Notes: generated by a model from the sequence alone, not told the origin. A stretch of DNA of 64,000 bases from Spirochaetia bacterium (GCA_963675665.1 OY776510.1:960001-1024000); one strand, 5' to 3'. Shown: positions 18,905 through 28,732, counted from the stretch's first letter. Translations and numbers: made by a program.

Positions 18905-20773
18905 ATGCATTACGATACTCTAGTTATAGGCGGCGGACTATCCGGACTAACTGCAGGCAGCCTTCTTGCAAAGAAAGGGGTCAATGTTGCGGTAATAGAT
19001 AAAAGCCGACAGCCGGGGGGAACATGCGGAATTTTTAAACGAAACCATGTAACCTTTGATCAGGGTTCTGCAATGCTGTACGGTTTCGGTGAAAACGGGT
19101 TTAATGCTCACCGGTTCGTATTTAATTGTCTTGAAGAACCTATTGATATAATCCGTCATGAGCTTTTATATTGTGTTAACTTTAAAGGTAAAAGAATAAA
19201 ATTCTGGCCTGATATTGATCGTTTTACCGAAGAACTTTCCTCTGTTTTTCCGGCTGAGAAAAATAATATAAAACGTTTTTATCACGACATGCTTAGAATC
19301 TATCGTCACGTTCTTATAGAAATACCTATGTACGCATCCGCCGACGAAATAAGTCTCCTGCAGGGTTTCAGGATTATTCTGCGGCACCCCGTTTCGTTTG
19401 CGCGATTTCTCGGTTTTCTCAATATAAGCGCCGAAAGACTTTTAAAAAAGTATTTTTCCGATCCTGAAATTTTCAAGTTTTTTGACAAACTGACGTCAAC
19501 ATATTGTTATGCAACAGTAAAAGAGGCGCCGGCCGTGCTTGCAGCTATCATGTTTGTCGACAACCATGAAGGCGGCAGCTATTATCCTGCCGGATCTACT
19601 CAATTTCTTACCGGCAAGCTTGAAAAGGTTATTGAAGAAAACGGCGGCGAAATGATTCTGGAAAAAGAAGTCGTTTCAATCATTTTCAATAAAAATCGGC
19701 CTGCCGGCGTCAGGCTGAACGACAATACGGAACTGTTCGCAGATAATATCATATATTCGGGCACAGTATGGAACCTGTACGGGAACCTTATTGATCCGGT
19801 CTTTACAACTAAAAAGAGACGGGAATGGGCAAAAAGACAAATACCTACATATTCGAGCGTTGTCCTGTTCGCCGTTGTCGATCGTAACGTCATACCGGAA
19901 GATACAGCTCCCATTGAAATGCTTGTCGGGAATCCCGATGAAATTGATGAAAGCGAAGTCACCGCTTACATACTGAGTATTGACGACAGTACATTGTGCG
20001 CCCCGGATGAGCACACCCTTGTAGTTATAGGGCCTACTTTTGAAAACTGGAAAAAATTGGATCCGTCGGAATACAGCAAGTCGAAAAAAAAGGAAATTGA
20101 GAGGCTCGTCAAGGTGCTTGAGCGCCGGGTTCCCGGATTAAAAGACGCGGTACGCTATATGGAGCTTGCATCGCCGATAACAATTGAGAAATATACAATG
20201 AAAAACGGCGGCGCGGCGGCCGGCCCAAAGCAGATGCTCGGCCAGCATATTTTAAAGCGCCTGCATACGCGCACGGAATGGAAAAATCTCCTGTGCTGCG
20301 GAGAATCGACAGTTATGGGAACAGGGACCCCGACAGTCACAACTTCGGGGCTTACGGCGGCAAATCTTCTGCTGAAGAGAATGGGCAAAAAACCTTATGT
20401 CTACAGCAAGGACATGAAAGACTATATAAATTTTACGGAAAAACCTTTTACTGCCTCAATGATGTATATGTCGCACAGCAAAGAAGAAAAAGAAGTAATG
20501 CGAAAAGCGCTGCGCTGTCTTCAGTGTGAGCATCCGTCATGTGCCGATGGAGACAAAACTGATATTCCCGGTATTATGCGAAGAGTTGCCGTATCCAATT
20601 TTAAAGGTGCAAAAATGCTATGGGATAATACAAAACCTGTTTCTGAAAGCGCTTCCGTGAGAACGGATGCAATACTGAAACAGTACGAAAATATGTGCAT
20701 TCGTAATCATCAGACGGGAAAGCCGGTTGATATAAACAGTGTAATTTCATATTTAAACTCATTACAGTCTTAA
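18905..20773 (+). CDS. CrtI/phytoene desaturase-like FAD oxidoreductase with C-terminal Fe-S domain
   Basis: VIGGGLSGL dinucleotide motif, FDQG, YYPAG, ASPITIEKYT; C-terminal RCLQCEHPSC..DIP. Confidence 0.88.
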   Translation: MHYDTLVIGGGLSGLTAGSLLAKKGVNVAVIDKSRQPGGTCGIFKRNHVTFDQGSAMLYGFGENGFNAHRFVFNCLEEPIDIIRHELLYCVNFKGKRIKFWPDIDRFTEELSSVFPAEKNNIKRFYHDMLRIYRHVLIEIPMYASADEISLLQGFRIILRHPVSFARFLGFLNISAERLLKKYFSDPEIFKFFDKLTSTYCYATVKEAPAVLAAIMFVDNHEGGSYYPAGSTQFLTGKLEKVIEENGGEMILEKEVVSIIFNKNRPAGVRLNDNTELFADNIIYSGTVWNLYGNLIDPVFTTKKRREWAKRQIPTYSSVVLFAVVDRNVIPEDTAPIEMLVGNPDEIDESEVTAYILSIDDSTLCAPDEHTLVVIGPTFENWKKLDPSEYSKSKKKEIERLVKVLERRVPGLKDAVRYMELASPITIEKYTMKNGGAAAGPKQMLGQHILKRLHTRTEWKNLLCCGESTVMGTGTPTVTTSGLTAANLLLKRMGKKPYVYSKDMKDYINFTEKPFTASMMYMSHSKEEKEVMRKALRCLQCEHPSCADGDKTDIPGIMRRVAVSNFKGAKMLWDNTKPVSESASVRTDAILKQYENMCIRNHQTGKPVDINSVISYLNSLQS

Positions 20774-20789
20774 TTTATTAAGAGGTCAT

Positions 20790-21680
20790 ATGGATAAAGA
20801 TATTTTCAGAAACTATGTAAAAAATGTTGAAAGAAGAATTGAGCCCCAAAAAGTATCTGTGGCGTATCAGGGTGCTGAATTCCTGAGAAAGTTTCCGTTA
20901 TTTCTTCAAAAAATGATTATCGGGAGCACGACAAAAAAGAAATCGCATATGGGTTTTGTTGTAGAGCCCTGGAGCCTGTTTCTTGCCTATGAAATTACTG
21001 AAGAAGATATTCAGCATTGCCTGCCGGATAATTATGAACTGCTGCCGACATCAATTTTTCAGGATTCGCCAAAAAAGAACTGTGCTGTAATAGGATTATT
21101 TAATATTCACACCGATGTATTTTGGGGAAGCAGATTCGAAATTTATATTATTGCCCGAAATAAAGATACCGGTTTAGCTTCATGGATAATATACGATTAC
21201 GAATCAAATACTATAAACTATGATCCGGGACAGGGGTTTCTTGGGGCAACTCTGCGAAAAAGTGTTTTTACAACAACTCATAAAGGAGAAATCATTACTG
21301 AATTAAAAGGCCGGAAGGGAAATAACATAATACAACTCACCGCTGATACGAAGGATGCGAAGTATAAAGAACTCGACAGGCAATTATGGATAGAAGGAAA
21401 TTTGTCGATAGACTATTCGGGAGAATTGGGAGATAAAAACAGCAACCTGTTCGGAATAATTTTCGATCCTGAAGAAATGAAAGAAGCTCTTCAAATAAAT
21501 ACGGAAAAAATACAGTTTCAGGAAATGAATTTCGGGTTTATAAACAGGAATAGTGTCTTGCTTGAAGCCTGCTGCTTTCCCTATGCCCAGCATATGATAA
21601 CTACAATAATTCCCAAAGGCCATGAAATGCGAAATGAAAAAGATCTGGAAAATAAAATAAAGGAAATAGTTGAATCCTGA
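20790..21680 (+). CDS. Hypothetical protein, possibly acetoacetate-decarboxylase-like fold
   Basis: 296-aa ORF with RBS GAGG, 16 bp after the crtI-like gene; LPDNYEL and beta-rich pattern (weak fold inference). Confidence 0.6.
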   Translation: MDKDIFRNYVKNVERRIEPQKVSVAYQGAEFLRKFPLFLQKMIIGSTTKKKSHMGFVVEPWSLFLAYEITEEDIQHCLPDNYELLPTSIFQDSPKKNCAVIGLFNIHTDVFWGSRFEIYIIARNKDTGLASWIIYDYESNTINYDPGQGFLGATLRKSVFTTTHKGEIITELKGRKGNNIIQLTADTKDAKYKELDRQLWIEGNLSIDYSGELGDKNSNLFGIIFDPEEMKEALQINTEKIQFQEMNFGFINRNSVLLEACCFPYAQHMITTIIPKGHEMRNEKDLENKIKEIVES

Positions 21681-21746
21681 TTTTAAAGCATTCTGTCCTG
21701 TTGTTTTATCAATCTTTGAGCATTACTCTGGTAATCGTGATGGTTC

Positions 21747-21780
21747 AGCACGGGACTTTATAAGTCCCGTGCTTTTTTTT
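21747..21780 (+). terminator. Intrinsic terminator / possible attenuator
   Basis: AGCACGGGACTT-TAT-AAGTCCCGTGCT followed by a T tract. Confidence 0.85.
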
Positions 21781-21800
21781 GCTTATTAAAGGAGAATAGA

Positions 21801-22295
21801 ATGGATTTTTACACAAAGTTACCGAGAAACAAGAAGGAATTTATCATTTTTCTTGCTGCCATCTCAATTATTTCCTTGAACATAATAGCCCCAATAATAA
21901 CTTGTCTTGAAGTTGGTTTTAGCATTCAGAACTGGATTAATGTAATGAAGAAACTTCCCCTGCTATGGCCTTCAGTAATTATTGTGGTGCTGCTAACATA
22001 TAAACCGGCGGAATGGCTGACTTCAAAAGTTGTAAAGCGAGAAGACAGCTTTAATGCAGTAATAACTATAAACACATTATGCTCAGTATTATGCATTTCC
22101 ATTCCTTTGACGATTATCGGAACATGGATAGGTACTGAAAAATTAAGTATTGATCCGATAATGAATTTCATTTATATCTGGCCCAGAAATGTTACCATAT
22201 CCTTTCTGGTTGAATCTTTAATTGCCCAACCAACCGCTATATTTATAATGACAAGAATCCATATTCAGACAGATGGACTTAATAGCGCTATTTGA
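21801..22295 (+). CDS. DUF2798-like membrane protein
   Basis: LPRNKKE start, 4 TM segments, WPRN..LIAQP; RBS AAGGAG. Confidence 0.7.
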   Translation: MDFYTKLPRNKKEFIIFLAAISIISLNIIAPIITCLEVGFSIQNWINVMKKLPLLWPSVIIVVLLTYKPAEWLTSKVVKREDSFNAVITINTLCSVLCISIPLTIIGTWIGTEKLSIDPIMNFIYIWPRNVTISFLVESLIAQPTAIFIMTRIHIQTDGLNSAI

Positions 22296-22378
22296 ATAAA
22301 ATGGTCGAAATATTAACGAAAGGGCGCTTTGATTGATTTATCAGCAGTGCCGCTTAAAGCAAAAAAGGATAAAAATCA

Positions 22379-23473
22379 ATGAGGTCCTTAAAGGCGATAA
22401 ATATAACGCCACAGAAAGCTGCCCGATTTTTAAAGTATCTATTAGTACTCTATATTGCTCTCTGTTTCCTGGTTGCCGGACTCAACTACGGACTAACACA
22501 GCATGTCAGCAATGCGAAAGCTCAGACTATACATGCAATATATGAGTTTTTTGAGAATGAACTAAAAACAATTCTGATTATTCTCTGTTCTTTACTCTCT
22601 TTAAAGGCTTTTCGCAATAGTGATGGGCGTCGTCTTTATCGGGGAAGTCTTCTCATGTTCTCAATATCAGCATTGATTATACACATTATTTTACCGGCAT
22701 TTACCGGCAATCGGGAAATTTACTATACAGCTATGCCTCTTCCCTGGGCGACGACTGGGCTGCAGCTCATGACCAGCGAATCTTCTTTTTATTTAAAGCA
22801 TATTCCTCTCTGGGGTCTTTCAGGAATAAGCGCAGCAGTTGTGTTTTTCATTATTATGAATATTTTTGTTGGAATCGCAACTCTTCTCTTCGGACGCAGG
22901 GTTCAGTGTTCCGGGCTCTGTTTACTCAATGGTTTTGCCGCAGAAATCTGGGCTCCAATTCTACCGCTGATCGGTAAAGAGCGAAAGGCCAACCCTAAAG
23001 TTTTGTGCGGATTATCAGCCGTGCGTATCATTATGTTTGTTCTGTCTATAGCGCTATCTGTCTGGTGGCTCCTGTTTATATCGGGTATAAACCTCTTTGT
23101 TCATCAGGATCTTATAGCCCGCCTCGAGGTTGTAAAATATCTAAGTATAGAGCTTTTGGCCGCAATGACTTTCTGGGTATTCTGGAACGGCCGCGGATAC
23201 TGCTACTATTGTCCACTAGGTTCATTTCTCTCCCTGTTAGCCTCAATCGGTCGACAGCGTATTCGCACCGACTTGAAGAATTGTGTGTCTTGCGGATTAT
23301 GTTCCCGATCGTGCTCTATGAGCATCGACGTAGCGGCATTTGCAAAAAGACGGGAACCGGTAACCAGCAGCCTTTGTGTCGGTTGCGGACACTGTGTAGA
23401 TGCTTGCCCTACCGAAACACTTCGATATGAAACAGCCTTCCTGAATTTATTGCGTCATTGTCGTCAAGGTTAA
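22379..23473 (+). CDS. Membrane 4Fe-4S binding protein (NapH/RdxA-like)
   Basis: GRRVQCSGLC, RGYCYYCPLG, two CxxCxxCxxxC motifs, many TM segments. Confidence 0.85.
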   Translation: MRSLKAINITPQKAARFLKYLLVLYIALCFLVAGLNYGLTQHVSNAKAQTIHAIYEFFENELKTILIILCSLLSLKAFRNSDGRRLYRGSLLMFSISALIIHIILPAFTGNREIYYTAMPLPWATTGLQLMTSESSFYLKHIPLWGLSGISAAVVFFIIMNIFVGIATLLFGRRVQCSGLCLLNGFAAEIWAPILPLIGKERKANPKVLCGLSAVRIIMFVLSIALSVWWLLFISGINLFVHQDLIARLEVVKYLSIELLAAMTFWVFWNGRGYCYYCPLGSFLSLLASIGRQRIRTDLKNCVSCGLCSRSCSMSIDVAAFAKRREPVTSSLCVGCGHCVDACPTETLRYETAFLNLLRHCRQG

Positions 23474-23475
23474 TC

Positions 23476-24306
23476 TCAGGACTTTGCAGGTTCCTTTACA
23501 AGCGGTATCTGTATATGGGTCAGGTGTTCCTTCGGAAGACGGCTGACCATCTGGTCTATCAGGTGTATCTCAATTGCTGTTGCGCCGGTGCTGTATTCTG
23601 AACCATCAATGAATTCAAGTAGTTTCAGGTATGAGCCGGATATCTGTTCCAGATTACCCGGATGATAGATGCAGGCAAAAGCCCCTCCGGGAATACGGGT
23701 TGTTCTGAAACCGGGAACCGGTTTTTCCATAATCGTCCCGATTTTTACAGCATGACCGAAGACCCCTTTACGGAGGTCCTTTATTAATTTGATCCCCATG
23801 AAATCAGCCATTCCGATAAAATTGTTGCTGTACAGCCTGTGACTGAGGGGGCGGATTGTGATTTCATACTCGGCTTCCGAGCTTACATCCTTGTCTATGG
23901 TTACCATATACCTTTCAGGATACCTGATTATCTCAGCTTCAGTTTTCTTCCGCAGCTGATTCTGTGAGCTGAGATTTTTCAGGTTGTGCCTGATTCTTTT
24001 TTTCAGGTTAAGCAGCCCCCTGATTTCAGAATTGACTGCCGTAAGCTGTTTTTCATAAATATTCAGGCTGTTCTCAATATTGCTGATTGAGAGCTGGTAT
24101 TTTATTTCGGCAAGTGACATTCCGAAGTTTTTCAGGTACTGGATTTTGTCAAGAAAAAGAAAGTCCCTGTATGTATAATAGCGGTACCCGTTTTCTTCAT
24201 TTACAAGGCTCGGTTTCAGAAGACCTATCCGGTCGTAGTACCTGAGAGCTTCTACAGAAATAAAATTAAGCCCGGCCATTTCGCCGATGGAATAGTATTC
24301 CTTCAT
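23476..24306 (-). CDS. MerR-family regulator with GyrI-like effector domain
   Basis: YSIGEMA..ALRYYDRIGLLKP..NGYRYY; C-terminal IPGGAFAC..IQIP. Confidence 0.93.
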   Translation of the reverse strand: MKEYYSIGEMAGLNFISVEALRYYDRIGLLKPSLVNEENGYRYYTYRDFLFLDKIQYLKNFGMSLAEIKYQLSISNIENSLNIYEKQLTAVNSEIRGLLNLKKRIRHNLKNLSSQNQLRKKTEAEIIRYPERYMVTIDKDVSSEAEYEITIRPLSHRLYSNNFIGMADFMGIKLIKDLRKGVFGHAVKIGTIMEKPVPGFRTTRIPGGAFACIYHPGNLEQISGSYLKLLEFIDGSEYSTGATAIEIHLIDQMVSRLPKEHLTHIQIPLVKEPAKS

Positions 24307-24338
24307 GGTTACAGCCTGAATGATATCATGAAAACACT

Positions 24339-25727
24339 TTAAACCGCCACAATTTCAGCAAGACAGGATTCCCAGCCGCCGACAAGCCTGTTGATATCGT
24401 CGGTTGTGGCCACCGGGGGGACCAGCATCATGTTGTGAAAAGGTGTAATAATGATTCCGCGGTTTTCAAGAAAGATGTGGGTGTAGTACATAAGTTCCCA
24501 GTCAAAATGGTTTTTTGCCTCGGTCCCGGATTTGGGAAGAGTCGGCATGAACTGGAGTTCGCAGCGCGCACCGCTGCGGGTCAGGCTCCAGGGAATTTCC
24601 AGTTTTTTAAGGACTTCTTCCAGCCTGTCTGAAAGGTATTCCTGCCCGCTGATCATTTTTTCAAAGGCTTCTTTTGTTGCAACTTTTGCAAGGGTTTCTC
24701 TCATGGCAGCCATTGCAAAGGCATTAGCCGACAGCGTCCCGCCGATGCCCATGGGATCCGACACGCCTTTTTGCCCGAATGACGCGTTGATTTTTTCTCC
24801 TATTTCAGCGGTAAAACCGTATGCAGCTACTGGAATTCCCCCGGCTATTGATTTGCCGATAGTCAGAAAATCCGGTTTCAAACCGTATTCTGCGGTGTAT
24901 CCTCCGTAGCCGTTTGAGAATGTATGTGTTTCGTCGATAACAAGATAGGTTCCGTACCTGTCGCAGAGTTCGCGGAGCTTTTCATGATAACCGTGTTCCG
25001 GAAGCACCATCCCGCAGTTCGTCATTACGGGTTCCAGCAGCACGCAGGCGCAGTCGCGGAAGGAAAGTTCCCTTTCAAGGGCTTCGACATCATTGAATTC
25101 CACAACCCTGCTTAACGCCTCTTTGGGGACGCCCGGGTTCATATCGTATTCCGAGCGGAGGACAAGCTTTCCGTCGGGCCCGATATGGGGCAACGTTTCA
25201 TCAAGGCTGCCGTGGTAGCTTTCATTCATTGACAGGACCTTCGGCCTGCCGGTAAGCGCGCGGCAGTTCCTGATGACATAGCGGTTTGCCTCGGTTGCCG
25301 TCATTGCCACCTGCCAGAGCGGCAGTCCGAACCGTTTACCAAGTTCCCGGCCGATCTCAAGAGCGTCGGTTGTCGGCATCATTGTGGTTATTCCGCGTCT
25401 TACCTGGCTTGAAACAATTTCGGCGGTCGCTTCCGGGGAGTGTCCGAACATTGCGCCGGTGTCGCCCAGGCAAAAGTCGATGTATTCGTTTCCGTCGATA
25501 TCGGTGATTCTGTTTCCCGAAGCTTTTTCGATGAAAACCGGCCAGGAGGTGCCCCAGTCTCCCATCCAGGGCATGGGTACGCCGTTAAGCAGCATCTGCT
25601 GAGCTTCCTCAAATGCTTTTCGACTTTTATTTGTTCTCTTTGCAAAGAGCTTGTCTTCTCTTGTTCTCAGTTCCTTCAGTTTCTCATCGCTTATCATTCT
25701 GTACGGTGTTTTTTTATCAGTGATCAT
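24339..25727 (-). CDS. Class III PLP aminotransferase (glutamate-1-semialdehyde aminomutase-like)
   Basis: DIDGNEYIDF, SYHG, LEPV, IDETHT, GKSIAGGIP. Confidence 0.92.
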   Translation of the reverse strand: MITDKKTPYRMISDEKLKELRTREDKLFAKRTNKSRKAFEEAQQMLLNGVPMPWMGDWGTSWPVFIEKASGNRITDIDGNEYIDFCLGDTGAMFGHSPEATAEIVSSQVRRGITTMMPTTDALEIGRELGKRFGLPLWQVAMTATEANRYVIRNCRALTGRPKVLSMNESYHGSLDETLPHIGPDGKLVLRSEYDMNPGVPKEALSRVVEFNDVEALERELSFRDCACVLLEPVMTNCGMVLPEHGYHEKLRELCDRYGTYLVIDETHTFSNGYGGYTAEYGLKPDFLTIGKSIAGGIPVAAYGFTAEIGEKINASFGQKGVSDPMGIGGTLSANAFAMAAMRETLAKVATKEAFEKMISGQEYLSDRLEEVLKKLEIPWSLTRSGARCELQFMPTLPKSGTEAKNHFDWELMYYTHIFLENRGIIITPFHNMMLVPPVATTDDINRLVGGWESCLAEIVAV

Positions 25728-25764
25728 TGAAATATTCTCCTTTTGATTTTACGGGGTTTGCTAC

Positions 25765-25795
25765 AGTCTAAAGTCTGTAGTTGCTACAGGGTCAA
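25765..25795 (-). promoter_or_regulatory. MerR-type promoter/operator
   Basis: TTGACC-19 bp-TAGACT with dyad CTGTAG-CAA-CTACAG in the spacer. Confidence 0.85.
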
Positions 25796-25850
25796 GAAAA
25801 ACTTTTCAGTTGAGTTCTGTATGATTAAAGGATAAATTGAAAAATAATTG

Positions 25851-26687
25851 TTAACCGCCGATTCCAATCAAAGCCGCCCCGGCAATTGACAGGATCAGGC
25901 CTGCAATTCTTAAGCGCGTGAGCTTCTCGTGAAGGAAAATCTTCTGCAGTATTACTGTCGGCGCCGGATAGAGGGCTGTGAGGACAACTGCAATAATCAG
26001 ATAGCCGGTGCGGGAGGCCAGAAGATAAAGGGTATTGGCCGCCATGTCGAGGGCTCCGCTTAACAGGGTTGCGCGTCTGGTTCCCGTAACGAGTTTAATT
26101 TTTCTTTTCCGGACAAAAGATAAAATCAGGAATAATGGCACCGTGGTTACCCTGGCTGCGACAAGGGGCCACATCCCGGATGTGTCCGATGTCTGTGAGA
26201 TGAGAATGAAAAACCCGCCGAAGAGTATGCCCGCCAATAACCCAAGCTGAACTGATTTAAAAACATGATCGTGTTTACCGTCTTTCTCGCATGACAGCAG
26301 CATAATCGCCGGCAGGGAAAGGGCAACGCCGATCCACGTCAACAGCGGCGGCCGTTCGCCTGTCAGAAAGCCGAACAGAACCGGAAAAACAGCTCCGGAG
26401 AGCGCTGCAAGCGGAGATACTATGGAAACAATGCCGGTTGAAAGACCATGAAACAGCAACAGTACTCCCAGAGCGCCGGATACACCGCCGGCTGCTCCCC
26501 ACAGCATGTCACCGGCAGAAACATTTTCGGCGCCTATCAGAGGGGCGGCAATAAGTACGGTTAATAGACCTGCAGCCTGCGACCAGGCAACCGTAACGGA
26601 AGCCGGGTTTTTCCTGGAGGAAAAGCCGCCGAGGAAGTCGGCTGTTCCATAGGCAAAGGCGGACATCAACGCATAGAAAATGACCAT
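25851..26687 (-). CDS. EamA/DMT-family transporter
   Basis: YGTADFLGG, about 10 TM segments, LYPAPTV..FLHEKL. Confidence 0.92.
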   Translation of the reverse strand: MVIFYALMSAFAYGTADFLGGFSSRKNPASVTVAWSQAAGLLTVLIAAPLIGAENVSAGDMLWGAAGGVSGALGVLLLFHGLSTGIVSIVSPLAALSGAVFPVLFGFLTGERPPLLTWIGVALSLPAIMLLSCEKDGKHDHVFKSVQLGLLAGILFGGFFILISQTSDTSGMWPLVAARVTTVPLFLILSFVRKRKIKLVTGTRRATLLSGALDMAANTLYLLASRTGYLIIAVVLTALYPAPTVILQKIFLHEKLTRLRIAGLILSIAGAALIGIGG

Positions 26688-26751
26688 GGACTGATACTAT
26701 CAGTTCCCGGCTAATTGGAAAAGCGGAGATAGAGTTATAAATTCTGAATAG
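26344..26751. repeat. Direct repeat copy 1 (eamA 5' half plus 64 bp upstream)
   Basis: Aligns without gaps to 36300-36707; about 18 mismatches in 408 bp by manual count. Confidence 0.95.
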
Positions 26752-27612
26752 CAGTTCTAATTATAGAAACTTAGTCCTCTCGGGGTAACACTCTTAGGTG
26801 ACGATATTTATTCATGCCAGCCCTTCTGCAGCTCTGTTCATGATGAGTATTTAAATTTCCTGTTTGTCTGTAATCCTTTATCTCATAAGTGGTTATATGA
26901 ATGGCTCGATATCCGGGAACGCGAAGGTGACCTTCTCTGTGTAGTTCGCAAACAGCGGGAAAAAGGTAAACTGCGCTGATGTGCTTGTCACCGATGAAAA
27001 TGGTAAGAAAATCTATAATAATTCATTCATTACCAACCATCTGATTCATGACGGTACTATTGAGTCTTTTATTGAAACAGGCAGAGCACGTTGGAAAAAT
27101 AGAGAACGAAAACAATAACACTCTTAAATCTCATAGATACCATCTTGAACATAATTTTGGTCACGGGAAAAATCTCTCTCCCAGACATTAGCCATCCTCA
27201 ATATTCTTGTTTTACTTTCTCGCACTGTTCTGGGCTTGACCGATAAACGCCATCAGATGATGCGAGATACTCTACCCAGGCGGGATATGTTCTTTCAGGA
27301 CATTTCCGCATTATTTTGTTACATGCTTTTCAATGATTGGGTTCACCTTCTGAAGCACATGCTGGAATCATATGAACTAAAGGATCCCGGATAAAGATCA
27401 TATACATCCGTTATTGCAAACAACTTTTTCTACCTTCTCTCATGTCCAGCAGAATTGTGTTTATTAATCATGTTATCAACATCAAGACAATGTAATGAAG
27501 CAATTTACAGCCTTCAAAATTTTCATGTAATAATACTGTAGGTTTCAAGAGCTTTCATCTCTGTAAATTAAGGGCTCTTCCGCCCAGCCTTGCGATATAA
27601 TTAGAATTGTTG
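26749..27612 (+). mobile_element. Degenerate, internally deleted IS (ISNCY-like transposase remnant)
   Basis: Terminal IRs TAGCAGTTCTAATTATA / TATAATTAGAATTGTTG; broken frame reading NNSFITNH..IETGRARWK/IENENNNTLK..YHLEHNFGHGK. Confidence 0.82.
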
Positions 27613-27629
27613 GCCATTCTAATAAGAAG

Positions 27630-27658
27630 TTGACATACCTATAGGCTTGAGGTATACT
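27630..27658 (+). promoter_or_regulatory. padR promoter with overlapping dyad operator
   Basis: TTGACA-17-TATACT; ATACCT-N9-AGGTAT at 27635-27655. Confidence 0.85.
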
Positions 27659-27668
27659 CATTTTCAAT

Positions 27669-28013
27669 ATGAGTAATATTCGGACGACGAATCAAAATTT
27701 TGTCAACGGTGTTCCTGAGTTGCTTATACTCAAACTTCTTGACGAGAAAGAACTCTATGGATTCGAACTTGTAAAAACCATTAAAAGGGTATCCGAAGGG
27801 TACTTCACCTTCGGCGAGGGCTGTATTTATCCTATTCTTCATACGCTTGAGCGAAAACGTTTGCTTTCAAGCCGATTGGAAACGGTAAACGGCCGGGTTC
27901 GGCATTATTACCATGCAACGCCTGCCGGGCACAGGCGGTTGAAAGAGCTTAAACACGAATGGTCCAGAACCTCTGCCAGCATAGCAAATATTTTAGGTGC
28001 AGAATTTGCGTAG
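27669..28013 (+). CDS. PadR-family transcriptional regulator
   Basis: LLILKLL..YGFEL..EGCIYPILHTLE..GRVRHYY. Confidence 0.93.
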   Translation: MSNIRTTNQNFVNGVPELLILKLLDEKELYGFELVKTIKRVSEGYFTFGEGCIYPILHTLERKRLLSSRLETVNGRVRHYYHATPAGHRRLKELKHEWSRTSASIANILGAEFA

Positions 28014-28698
28014 CAAAGAATATTTCAGAGAGCTTGCCGCCGGGATGCTGTTAAAGCGGTTGCCTCCAGGGTATGTAAAAAGAACGGTTCAGGAACTCCG
28101 CGATCATCTGCTCAGCAGCGGGGCTGATGATCGGTTAGATGATGTGAGAGGGATTTTGGGAGATCCCTGCGATTTGGCCGAGGAATTTCACAGGACAAGG
28201 CTTTCTCTCTCTGTTTTCGGTCGGCGCCCCCTGCTCTCCCTGACGGGACTTGCGTTTTTGCTCTACTTTTTAAAGATTGCCCTGATCTTTTTGGCAATGC
28301 AGTCGATAGGTGGGCTGTATAAAGCCCTCTTTATATCCGCAGTTTTACCGGCGGAAATGGGCTTTGTGAACTTTATACTTGCCTGTTCACCACTGCTGTT
28401 CAACCTGATGATCGTTGCAGGAGGCTGTGTTATCAGCGAACGGATGGGCCTTGATTATATATGGTCCATGACAGCCTGTGCTTCCGTTGCTGTTTTATCG
28501 TTCTGCGCGGACATGTCGTTTTACATATCGCAGCAGACGGTTTATACATGGCTGACTATAGAGATGAAGCTTTTCCGGAACAGCGGGGTAGAGCCAGTAC
28601 ATATTGCCCTGCTTCTCGGTACGTACATAACCTATGTATTGATCAGTATTTTTATTACAAAGAGAAGGATAAATGCCGTAGATGATATTCTGGCATAA
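27997..28698 (+). CDS. Membrane protein with HAAS-like N-terminus
   Basis: ELRDHL..ILGDPCDLAEE followed by about 4 TM segments; overlaps the padR stop. Confidence 0.65.
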   Translation: MQNLRSKEYFRELAAGMLLKRLPPGYVKRTVQELRDHLLSSGADDRLDDVRGILGDPCDLAEEFHRTRLSLSVFGRRPLLSLTGLAFLLYFLKIALIFLAMQSIGGLYKALFISAVLPAEMGFVNFILACSPLLFNLMIVAGGCVISERMGLDYIWSMTACASVAVLSFCADMSFYISQQTVYTWLTIEMKLFRNSGVEPVHIALLLGTYITYVLISIFITKRRINAVDDILA

Positions 28699-28711
28699 TT
28701 TTTTTAACTAT

Positions 28712-28732
28712 ATACCTCAAGCTTTGAGGTAT
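28712..28732 (+). promoter_or_regulatory. Second PadR-type operator
   Basis: ATACCTCAAGCTTTGAGGTAT, same arms and 9-bp spacer as 27635-27655. Confidence 0.75.

Noticed and set aside
24339-25727. Calling the aminotransferase hemL
   Set aside because: No tetrapyrrole gene context, and MerR-type inducible control suggests another function
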